Positions 54,355 to 64,000 of a stretch of DNA of 64,000 bases are shown piece after piece; within the stretch, counting starts at the first letter, position 1, and every line of letters begins with the position of its first letter. The position numbers and the translations under genes were made by a program. Source of the DNA: Nitrospirota bacterium (lineage in GTDB: Bacteria > Nitrospirota > UBA9217); NCBI GenBank assembly GCA_963754875.1, contig CAVWHO010000021.1, forward strand, positions 128,001 to 192,000, in the 5' to 3' direction. Under the pieces are notes generated by a model, which made no database searches, had not been told where the DNA came from, and worked only from the letters and a program-made list of their open reading frames with translations.

Positions 54355-55247
54355 TCATTTCTCGGTCAACAGTCTGAGGACTTCGAGGTACTTTTCGCTT
54401 GTCTTCCGGACCACGTCATCGGGGAGCGTCGGGGCCGGCGGTTTCTGGTTCCAGGAAAGCGAAAGCAGGTAGTCTCTGACGAACTGTTTGTCATAACTTT
54501 TCTGCACGACCCCTTCCCGGTAGTCGTTTTTCGGCCAGAAGCGGGACGAGTCGGGTGTCAGCACTTCGTCGATCAGGATGACTTCGTTATTATGAGATTC
54601 CGAATTCGAGCTTGGTATCGGCTATGATAATGCCTTTGGCTTCTGCAATCGTGCATGCTTTATGATACACCGCGAGGGCGTACGATTTGATTTTATCAGC
54701 AACCTCGTTCCCCACGAGTTTTCTGACCGTGTTAAAATCGATATTTTCGTCATGTTCGCCGACTTCGGCCTTGGTGGACGGTGTAAATACGGGTTCCGGG
54801 AGGCGCGAGGCCTCGGTCAATCCTTGCGGAAGTTTAATGCCGCTCACGGCGCCCGTTGCCTTGTACTCCTTGAGCCCCGACCCCGTGAGATAGCCGCGAA
54901 CGATGCACTCTACCGGCAGCGGCTGCGATTTTTTGACCAGCATGCTTCTGCCCTCAAGGAGCCGCCGCGTGGGGCCTGCACTCTGCCGGGAAGTCCTTGA
55001 CCTCCGTGGATAATCAGATGGTTCTTGACGATCGCTCTCGGTCTGAGAGAACCAGTATTTTGATATCTGCGTCAGGACCCTGCCCTTTTCCGGGACGGCA
55101 TTCGGGAGCACCACGTCGAAAGGCGGAAATCCTGTCTGTTGCAACGATCAGCAGCGTATCGCCTAAATCGTAGATGTCCCGGACCTTTCCCCGCTTGGGC
55201 GGCCGCAATCCCGCGAGATCAGTCTTGAGTACCAGTGGCGTCATCAT
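54355..55247 (-). CDS. purC: SAICAR synthase; several frameshifts
   Basis: [54 protein letters not shown]. Confidence 0.95.
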
Positions 55248-56560
55248 TTTCACCTCTCTCATGATTTGCCGGCGCGAACTTCAGGACACGGATACGGGAT
55301 ATCCGGTTTTTGTGCAGCCGGAGAACGGTAAACAGCAGATCCTGATATTTGATCTGGTCGCCTTCAGCAGGCAATCGTCCGAACAGGCCCAGCACAAATC
55401 CACCGATCGTTTCGAACTCGTCCTCGGGAATCTTGACTCCGAGCTTTTTATTCAGCTGTCCGATGTCCGTTCTTCCGTCGACGACATAACGGTTGGCCGC
55501 GACCTCGTGGATTTCACGCAGTTCTTTTTCCTGCTCGTCCCGTATGTCTCCCACGATCTCTTCGATGAGATCTTCCATGGCGACGAGACCGTCGGTACCG
55601 CCGTACTCATCTCCGACGAGAGCCAGATGAATGCGCTTTTCCCGCATTTCCCTGCAGAAGCACGCTCACATTTTTGTTCGGCGGCACGAAGTAAGGTTTC
55701 CGGAGCACATCCTCGAGCTGAAATTGCCGGTTTCCCATGTGGAGCGCAAGGATATCCTTGAGGTATACGACACCGATAATATTATCGATGGTCTCGCTGT
55801 AAACCGGCAGGCGGGAAAACCCCTTTTCGTTCATGGTTCGGAGAATGACGTCGAGAGAGCTCCCTGTTTCTATCGCCACGATCTCGGTCCGCGGGACCAT
55901 GACCTCTTTTACGACCGTGTCGGTAAACCGGAACACGCTGTGGATCAAATCCTCTTCCGATGATTCGAATACGCCGCTCTTGCGTCCTTCCCGAATCAGG
56001 TACTTCACCTCGTCTTCAGAAATCAGATTGGACTCCTGGCCCTCTTCGAGCCCGAAAAAACGGAGGACCGTGTTGCTCGACATCGCCAGGACCCGAAGCA
56101 CAAAGGAAAGGACGCGCGAAAGAAAATCAATGGGCGCCGACGTAAAAAAAGCAATCTTCTCGGAATGCCGGATGGCGAGTGATTTGGGGACCAATTCTCC
56201 GATCACGATCGTAACGTACGTGATCAGGCCCACCATGATCGCCAGGGCGAGGGGCTCTGCCGCCCTCTGGATAAAAGCAACCGGCAGCGAGAGTAACACC
56301 GGTTTAACGTGTACGACGGCGATTACGCCGCCGATCGCCGCGGCCAGCGTTCCTACCAGGGTAACGCCGATCTGGACTGTCCCGAGAAATCGCTCCGGCT
56401 CTTCCTGCAGCCTCTGAACTCTTAGCGCAGTCGGATTTCCGCTTTTGACCAGGTGACGTACACGACTTTTTCTGAGCGAGATCAGAGATATTTCAGACGC
56501 CGCAAAAAAACCGTTCACGACGATCAGAGATGAGATCAGCAGTATGTCAAATAGCCACAT
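55219..56560 (-). CDS. hemolysin/CNNM (DUF21-CBS-CorC) family protein; frameshift near 55650
   Basis: [50 protein letters not shown]. Confidence 0.9.
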
Positions 56561-56712
56561 AGATTAGAGATCAATTGTACATTGAAGTCCGAAAATTGGA
56601 AATGTTACCGCAGAGCCGAGTAGCCGCTTCAATCATTGGTGGATCTTGTTCGCCCTGCGCCATTTCAAATTTACAACTTACCATTTCCAGGTTAGACGTT
56701 CTTCGGTGTCGT

Positions 56713-58184
56713 TTAAAACCCGTACTCTTTCCACCGTTCTTCGACTTTCTTTTGAATCTGCCTGGTCCATCTTAATTTCATCAGGCCAGGATCTCAGGAA
56801 CCCTTCGCCCGACCCTTTGCGGGTCGCATCGATCCCCATTTTGCCGCCGAAACCGATCTGCGGGCAGGAATGATCGAGGATGTCCAGCGGACCGTCAGTG
56901 ATGATCACATCGCGCTGCGGGTCCACATGATTCATGACTTTCCACGTCACCTCGGAATAGTCGTGAATATTGACGTCTTCATCGCAGACGATCACAAACT
57001 TGGAGAGCATCAGCATCCCGGTTCCCCAGATCGTGTGGAGAACTTTTTTCCCGTGGCCCGGATAGCGTTTTTTTATCTTCACAATGACGTTATTGTGAAA
57101 AACGCCCTCGATGGGCATGTCCATGTCGAGTATATCGGGCGCCACCATCTGGAGGAGCGGCAGAAAAATCCGTTCGGTAGCTTTGCCGAGGTAGGCGTCT
57201 TCCTGCGGAGGCCGTCCGACCAGGGTCGCCGGGTAGATGGCATCTTTCCGATGCGTTATTGCCGTAATATGAAACACCGGGTATTCGTCTGCCTCGGAAT
57301 AGTAACCGGTGTGGTCGCCGAAAGGGCCCTCCACTCTGTCGTTCGAGGGGATCGACGAACCCTTCCAGAATGAATTCAGCTTCGGCAGGCACCCGGACAT
57401 TCACGGTCTTGCACTGAACGACTTCAAGTTGCTTCCTCCTGAGGAAACCTGCGAAAAGATACTCGCCGATCACGGGCGGCAAAGGCGCTGTTGATGCGTA
57501 AATGATCGAGGGATCGCCTCCTATGGCGACAGCCACTTCCATGCGTTTTCCCGCGGTTTCATAGTGCTGGTAGTGGCGTGCGCCGTCCTTGTGTTTATGC
57601 CAGTGCATGCCGGTTGTCTGGTGGTCAAAGACCTGCATGCGGTACATTCCGACGTTGGTTATGCTCGTAACGGGGTCGACGGTACAGACCATGGGAAGCG
57701 TGATAAACCGTCCGCCGTCTGCAGGCCAGCACTTCAGCACGGGGATTTTGGATAGATCTACTTGGTCACCGGTGAGAACGACCTCCTGGCAGGGCGCTTT
57801 TTTTACGGTCTTCGGAAAGAACGAGGAGAGTTCCGTCAGCTTCGGAAGCATCTGGAGCTTATCCATGATCCCCGCGCCCGGGCCGGGGAACAGGTTTGTA
57901 GGATCGACAATCTCCTTGATCCGCCCGCCGATTTCGTCAAGATTGTTAACGCCCAGGGCAAGACACATGCGTTTCATCGAGCCGAAGACGTTGGTCAAAA
58001 CAGGAAAAGAAGATCCTTTTACCCGTTCAAACAGAAGCGCTTTATTTGAAGTTCCTTTTTCTTTCGAGACCCGGTCGGTAATTTCCGCGATCTCAAGCTC
58101 TGCGTCGACCTCCGTCTTGATCCTGGCCAGCTCGCCCTCTTTCTCAAGAACCGATATAAACTCTCTGATATTGTCGTATACCAT
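56713..58184 (-). CDS. UbiD-family decarboxylase, probably menaquinone (futalosine pathway) type; frameshifted
   Basis: EIAEITDR, DGGRFITLP, NVGMYRMQ, EGPFGDHTGYY, LDH...GGKMGIDAT; likely true end RWKEYGF* at 56713. Confidence 0.88.
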
Positions 58185-58193
58185 AAGGGTTGA

Positions 58194-58222
58194 ATTGTAG
58201 CGAAATTAGGGAGGATTTGCAA
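58194..58222 (-). promoter_or_regulatory. putative sigma70 promoter, near-leaderless layout
   Basis: TTGCAA-N17-TACAAT, with the ATG 9 nt downstream; no SD. Confidence 0.55.
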
Positions 58223-58244
58223 TCAAAAACTCGGCGAACAGGGG

Positions 58245-59618
58245 TCACGATGCATCGTATTTTTGCAACCGGTGGCGAAAAGACCTGAAGGAAAGCCCCA
58301 GCAGCTTCGCTGCCTCGGTCTTCACCCCTCCGGATTTTTCGAGAGCCTTATGCAAAAGCGTTTTTTCAGCCTCTTCTAATAAGGACTCCAGATTCAGGCC
58401 TTTCTCGGGAATATCCAGCGCAACAAGTTCGGAGCAGGGGTGCCTGGTGTTCACGACATCAGGTATATGCTCAAGGCCGATCGTTTCTTCGGGCGTCATG
58501 ATCATAAGACGCTCGATCATATTTTCCAACTCCCGCACGTTTCCCGGCCACTGATACTGCATCAACATTTTTAATGCGTTGGGATAGATTTTTTTCGGCC
58601 GTATTGATGTCCCGTCTCTTTTGGCATATTTCACAAGAAAAAAATCGATCAGCGGCGGTATATCTTCCTTTCTCTCGCGGAGAGGAGGAAGGTGAATAGG
58701 AATCACGTTGAGTCGGTAATACAGATCTTCCCGAAACAACCCTTTCGCAACCTCAGAAAGCAGATCCTTGTTGCTGGCGGCAATAATATGTACGTCGACT
58801 TTGATGTCCACGGTTCCCCCAATGCGCATAAATTCGCGCTCCTGGAGAACGCGCAACAGTTTGACCTGCAGTGCCGGCGTTGTTGTGCTTATCTCATCCA
58901 GGAAAATAGCTCCACCATGGGCTGCTTCAAAAAGTCCTTGTTTGTTCGACGTCGCACCGGTAAATGCTCCCTTCATATAGCCGAACAGTTCGCTTTCAAG
59001 CAGCGTCTCCGGCAGAGCCCCGCAATTGACCGTAACAAAGGGGCCGTTTCTTCGTGTACTATTGTAATGGATAGCCCTGGCAACGAGCTCTTTACCCGTA
59101 CCGCTCTCCCCCGTTATCAAGACGGTACTGCTCGTTTCAGCGACTTTTCGAATGAGGGCAAATACCCTCTGCATGGGTTCGCTCTTCCCAATAAAATTTT
59201 CGAATCCGGCGCGGGCTTCTATTTCCCGTTTGAGAAGAATATTCTCCTTCCGTAAGTGGCGCTTCTCGAGCGAGTTATTGATAATCAGCTTCAGTTCATC
59301 GACTTTGAAAGGCTTAATAACGTAATCGTAGGCTCCGAGCTTCATTGCCTCTATGGCCGTTTCAGCAGTTGCAAAGGCGGTAATCATAATTACAACAGTT
59401 TCCGGAGAAATATCTTTTGTTGTTTTCAGCACGTCGATGCCGTCCATACCCGACATCTTTACGTCGCTGATCACGAGATCAAATATCTCTGATTGCACTG
59501 CTTTCAGCGCACTGGCGCCGTTCTCGGCAGTCACAACATCGTGGCCCTCTTTTTTCAGCATGATTGCGAGGAAATCCCTCATGCTTTGTTCGTCGTCAAC
59601 GACAAGAATTTTGCTCAT
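58245..59618 (-). CDS. pilR: sigma54-dependent response regulator PilR
   Basis: Receiver domain, GESGTGKE, GAFTGA, HTH ending LSFRSFRHRL; follows pilS. Confidence 0.9.
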   Translation of the reverse strand: MSKILVVDDEQSMRDFLAIMLKKEGHDVVTAENGASALKAVQSEIFDLVISDVKMSGMDGIDVLKTTKDISPETVVIMITAFATAETAIEAMKLGAYDYVIKPFKVDELKLIINNSLEKRHLRKENILLKREIEARAGFENFIGKSEPMQRVFALIRKVAETSSTVLITGESGTGKELVARAIHYNSTRRNGPFVTVNCGALPETLLESELFGYMKGAFTGATSNKQGLFEAAHGGAIFLDEISTTTPALQVKLLRVLQEREFMRIGGTVDIKVDVHIIAASNKDLLSEVAKGLFREDLYYRLNVIPIHLPPLRERKEDIPPLIDFFLVKYAKRDGTSIRPKKIYPNALKMLMQYQWPGNVRELENMIERLMIMTPEETIGLEHIPDVVNTRHPCSELVALDIPEKGLNLESLLEEAEKTLLHKALEKSGGVKTEAAKLLGLSFRSFRHRLQKYDAS

Positions 59619-59619
59619 G

Positions 59620-61326
59620 TTACTCCTGGCCTTCAGGATCATGACGATAAGGTCGCACTGGTGCGGCTAATGAATAAGCGTGATTTTCAATCATTGGCAG
59701 CCTGATTTTAAACTGCGTACCCTTTCCAGGTTCACTGTCGACGGTGATTCCTCCCCCGTGATCATCGATAATCCGATGCGCAATCGACAAGCCGAGCCCC
59801 GTCCCTCCTGCTTTTGTCGTAAAAAAAGGATCAAATATTTTACGCAGGTCTTTATCGTTAATCCCCAACCCGGTATCAAATATCGTAATCTGGCACCAGG
59901 TGGCATCATCTTCCGCTCGTAAAAAAGGTTCGGCAGTAATCGCTAAAACACCGCCGTCCGGCATAGCCTGACAGGCATTGATCAAAAGGTTCCAGAAAAC
60001 TTGGCGCAGGCGCTGGGAATCTCCTTTGAGGACCAGCCGAGGGTCAATTTCTCGCCGGACAACGATATTCTCCTGAAAATCTTTGCTGTTTTGTAGAAGT
60101 GTGATTGTTTCATCCAACAGGGAATTGAGTTCAATCTGATCAGTCTGAGCGCCGGCGGGACGAGCATATTCAAGGAATTCCGTAATAATGGTGTTGAGCC
60201 TGTCTGTTTCATTCACGACGATATCCATGAGACGCTTATTATCATCCTTCAGTTTGAGTTCGCCCTGCAGCACTTGAATGGACCCGCTAAGGGCAGCAAG
60301 AGGATTTCGTATTTCATGGGCAATACCGGCAGCGAGGCTCCCGACAGTTACCAATCGTTCCTGTCTTCTGATATGCTCCTCCATTTCAAGAATTTTTGTA
60401 ATATCTTGAAAAGTCAGGATGATGCCGCGAACAGCATTAATATCGTCTTTGAGGAGTGAAGCTGTCATGCCGAGACTTGCGGGACTGCCGTCTTTTTTAA
60501 TGAGCCATCCATCAAAACGATAGGGCCGCTCCTTGAGAGAATCTGTATGGCCAAACAGTTCTTTAATACTACTTCCGAATACGTCTTGCCAATTGCTCTT
60601 TATCTCATCATGGCTGTAGCCGGTAATCTGTTCGGCTGCCGGGTTCCAGGAAGTAATATTGCCGTTTAAATCCATAGTAAGAATGCCGCTGCCGACACTT
60701 TTCAAGATATGTTCCTGGAGGACCCGGAGATCATCGAAATCTATGCTTTTTTCACGAAGCTCATCGTGTGTTTTTCGAAGACGTTCGGTAAGGTAGCCGC
60801 TGAGAAGCGCTACGACGTAAAATGAGACTATGTTGATAAAAACCTGATAGAGAACTTGCGCTGCGGTAAAGTTCTGGCTTCGCACAAAAAAGAGAGCATT
60901 GTAGTACTGCATGTCCAGCATGCTCCCGTACAGAATGCTGGCAAAAGAAGCCGCCAGATACCCGCCGCGTCGGGATAAGATGATGCTTGCCGATATGATC
61001 GCCAGATGGTAGAGGACAGAAAAACCGCTGTCTATGCCGCCGGTAAGATACACGAGAAATGTTACGAGAAGAATGTCTACCGAAGTTTGAAGATATCCAA
61101 GAAAAGGCAGGTTTGCTACCGTACTGAGCAAATATCGGTAGAGGACAGATAAGAAGTAAACCGAAAAGAGAACATAATACAAAACAGCGATGTGGAAAGG
61201 ATAAATTTTATATCGCTGTTGAAAAAAAATGAGTGTGCCGACCAGGAAGGTCGTAAGCGCTACCCTGCTCCAAATGAGCCACTTGATGCGAACGGAGTAT
61301 TCTTCTCTTGAAAATTCCCGAGTCAC
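59620..61326 (-). CDS. pilS: sensor histidine kinase PilS
   Basis: N-terminal TMs, PAS, AHEIRNPL, NLLINA, FFTTK, GTGLGL; follows pilC. Confidence 0.88.
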   Translation of the reverse strand: MTREFSREEYSVRIKWLIWSRVALTTFLVGTLIFFQQRYKIYPFHIAVLYYVLFSVYFLSVLYRYLLSTVANLPFLGYLQTSVDILLVTFLVYLTGGIDSGFSVLYHLAIISASIILSRRGGYLAASFASILYGSMLDMQYYNALFFVRSQNFTAAQVLYQVFINIVSFYVVALLSGYLTERLRKTHDELREKSIDFDDLRVLQEHILKSVGSGILTMDLNGNITSWNPAAEQITGYSHDEIKSNWQDVFGSSIKELFGHTDSLKERPYRFDGWLIKKDGSPASLGMTASLLKDDINAVRGIILTFQDITKILEMEEHIRRQERLVTVGSLAAGIAHEIRNPLAALSGSIQVLQGELKLKDDNKRLMDIVVNETDRLNTIITEFLEYARPAGAQTDQIELNSLLDETITLLQNSKDFQENIVVRREIDPRLVLKGDSQRLRQVFWNLLINACQAMPDGGVLAITAEPFLRAEDDATWCQITIFDTGLGINDKDLRKIFDPFFTTKAGGTGLGLSIAHRIIDDHGGGITVDSEPGKGTQFKIRLPMIENHAYSLAAPVRPYRHDPEGQE

Positions 61327-61334
61327 GTGTTGTT

Positions 61335-62554
61335 TTAGCCGCCAGTCAATGATCCCATCTGGAAGATTGGCATGTACATCGCGACGATAACAAAGCCGAC
61401 CGTTACCCCAAGAAAGATCATCAGTATGGGTTCGAGCAGGGAAGTGAGCGTCGCTACGGCAGCATCGACTTCATCATCGTAAAAATCTGCGATTTTGTTA
61501 AGCATATTGTCCAAAGCGCCGGTTGCTTCGCCGACAGCAATCATCTGGACAACCATCTGGGGAAATACTTTGGATTTAGCCAGAGGGTCTGCAAGCGTTT
61601 TACCTTCACTCACGCTCTGTCGGGTAAACAGGATTGCTTCCTCTACTACCTTATTGCCGGCCGTCCGTGAAACGATCAATAAACCTTCGAGAATCGGCAC
61701 ACCGCTCGTCATCAGCGTCCCGAGTGTACGCGTAAACTTGGCCACGGAAACCCTTTGTATCAACGACCCTACTACCGGAATTTTCAAGGCGATCCTGTCT
61801 GTCATTCTCAAGCCATTTTCCGTTTTTCTGAATTGCTTGATCCCGACGAAAGATAGCGACTATCACACCCAGGGTAATCCAAGTCCACCCCATCCCTTAA
61901 GAAAGTTGCTGAGCCCAATCACAATGCGGGTCGGCAAAGGCAACGCCTGCCCCGATATCGGCAAACATGTTCGCCAACATCGGCACAACAACGACCATCA
62001 AGAGGGCGACGACTGACGACGGCAACAAAAAGGATCACGGAAGGGTAAATCATTGCAGACTTGATTTGTCCTTTGATTTTTGCGAACTTTTCCATATATG
62101 CCGCGAGTCTCTGAAGAATGGTATCGAGAATACCGCCGGCCTCTCCTGCGGCAACCATGTTTACGTACAGGTTGTCAAATACTTTCGGGTGTTTTTTGAG
62201 TGCATCGGCAAAGGTTGATCCGCTCTCCACGTCAGACCGGACTTGCCCGACAATCTTGCCGAGAGCTTTATTTTCAGTCTGGGTGCCGAGGATATCAAGA
62301 CACTGTACGAGCGGTAAACCGGCATCGATCATCGTTGCTAACTGCCGGGTAAGGATCACAATGTCCTTATCAGTGATTTTTGGTGCTCCAAAGCTCAGCT
62401 TGATTTCCTTGGGTTTTGATGCGACATTGATCGGCAGGATGTTTTGTTTCCTGAGAAGAGCGATAACTTCTTCTTTGCTGTTTGCTGCAAGCTCTCCCTT
62501 TTGAACTGCCCCCTGTCGTGTCTTGCCTTCCCACACAAAAACGCTTGCTGCCAT
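61335..62554 (-). CDS. pilC: type IV pilus inner membrane platform protein; frameshifted
   Basis: TRQLATMIDAGLP, AGEAGG, VGEATGALDNML, LLEP, MYMPIF. Confidence 0.93.
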
Positions 62555-62662
62555 TTTTCACTCCTTTACTATTTTACAAACTTCGAGGTTTCGATTAGTA
62601 TCGAGCGCCTAATCCACTGCATCGCGTGCCAGAACAAATACCGAGGCCTGAGAGTAGCGGTA

Positions 62663-63767
62663 TCATCGATACTCTTTTTGGGCCGGTTGTGCACCTGCAA
62701 GGCCTGATCGACCAATCATCTGCACGAGTTCATCGACAACGGACGACCTCCCGATGCAATCCTCGTAGGAAATCAACTTTTTTGACATAGAGTTCGTACA
62801 ATGATTGGTTCAACGTCTGCATGCCGAATTTCGACTGGCCTGTCTGCATGATCGAGTATATCTGATGGATCTTATCCTCGCGGATAAGATTCCGTATGGC
62901 GGCGTTCGGTATCATGACCTCGAGCGCAAGAACGCGTCCACCTCCGATTTTCGGTATGAGCTGCTGAGATATTACTCCTTCCAGGACAAAAGACAATTGG
63001 GCCCTAACCTGCGACTGCTGGTGGGGCGGGAACACATCGATAATGCGGTTCATGGTCTGCACTGCGGAATTAGTATGGAGCGTAGCAAAGGTCAGGTGTC
63101 CTGTTTCAGCGATAGTCAGGGCCGCCTCTATGGTTTCTAGGTCACGCATTTCACCAACGAGCACGACATCAGGGTCTTGGCGTAGAATGTATTTCAATGC
63201 GTCTTTAAATGACTTCGTATCGGCGTTCACTTCACGCTGGTTTACGAGGCATTTTTTGTGCGGATGCAGATATTCGATCGGGTCCTCGATCGTTATGATG
63301 TGTTCCTGCCGCTCATTGTTTATTTTGTCGATCATCGAGGCAAGGGTAGTGGACTTACCGCTGCCCGTCGGTCCGGTAACGAGAACAAGGCCTCGTGGTT
63401 TCTTACAGAGGTCCGATGCGACTTCCGGCAACCCGAGTTCCGGAAATGTTTTTATTTTAAAAGGGATGGTCCTGATTGCCGCGGCAACGGCGCCGCGCTG
63501 CATAAAGATATTCGCACGAAAACGCGACAGGTTCTTTATACCGAAGGAAAGATCAAGCTCGCTGTTTTCCTCGAACTTATGTTTCTGAGCGTCCGTAAGA
63601 ATACTGTAACAGAGGTCCTTCGTTTGCGTCCCCGAAAGAGGTTCGAGGCTGGGTATCGGTTTCATCTTGCCGTCGATGCGGATGGACGGAGCGATGCCGG
63701 TCGTAATATGAAGGTCCGATGCGCCCTTCTCAATCATGTACTTCAGCAGATCGTGCAGATTGGCCAT
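62663..63767 (-). CDS. pilT: type IV pilus retraction ATPase; frameshift near the 3' end
   Basis: ASDLH, GPTGSGKST, EDPIE, LRQDPD, AIRNLIRE, GMQT. Confidence 0.96.
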
Positions 63768-63816
63768 TGAGGATCCTCTTTCTGTTTTACCTTTGACGTA
63801 CTTCCGGGCCTCAAGA

Positions 63817-64000
63817 TTACTGATTGTCCGGGAAGGTATTTTCAACAACTTCTTCCAGGGAAGTCAGGCCGGCCTTCACTTTCAGGAGTCCGCTTCGCCG
63901 AAGCGTCTTCATTCCCCCTGCAATGGCCTGTCTTTTAATGTCGAACACCGATGCGCCCTGCAGGATAAGTTCCTTGATTTCTTCTTTGATGGGCATGACT
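63817..64000 (-). CDS. pilB: type IV pilus assembly ATPase, 3' end only
   Basis: Manual translation VMPIKEEIKELILQGAS...GMKTLRRSGLLKVKAGLTSLEEV..., directly upstream of pilT. Confidence 0.88.
   Translation of the reverse strand, partial: VMPIKEEIKELILQGASVFDIKRQAIAGGMKTLRRSGLLKVKAGLTSLEEVVENTFPDNQ

Overview
Core chromosomal region of a Gram-negative bacterium. Gene content and order (pilB-T-C-S-R, ccsA-hemA-hemC-cobA/hemD, lpxI, ClpC, futalosine-pathway decarboxylase) suggest Nitrospirota or Desulfobacterota; this is inference. Nearly all genes are on the minus strand; wbaP and clpC are the exceptions. From the right end: type IV pilus genes, a UbiD/MqnL decarboxylase, a CNNM/HlyC protein, purC, a DUF3187-like outer-membrane protein, lysS-lolC/E-small ORF-lolD, a heme operon with an embedded HesB/IscA protein, the rimP-nusA-infB-rbfA-truB-rpsO-pnp cluster, an FAD oxidoreductase, clpC, an ArgA-like GNAT, hemW, and a ~22 kb bamA-lipid A-LPS core cluster, then wbaP, gmd and an O-antigen flippase. 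More than 20 genes, including essential ones, are split by small indels, which I read as uncorrected sequencing error rather than pseudogenisation. I see no mobile element, CRISPR array, rRNA or tRNA, and no clearly new multi-gene system. The best leads are: a structured ncRNA candidate downstream of clpC; gnnA/gnnB-like genes predicting a diamino-glucose lipid A backbone; a hidden His/Cys-rich tail on the Fe-S carrier in the heme operon; a galE-like remnant between 11-bp direct repeats; and leaderless-mRNA promoter layouts.
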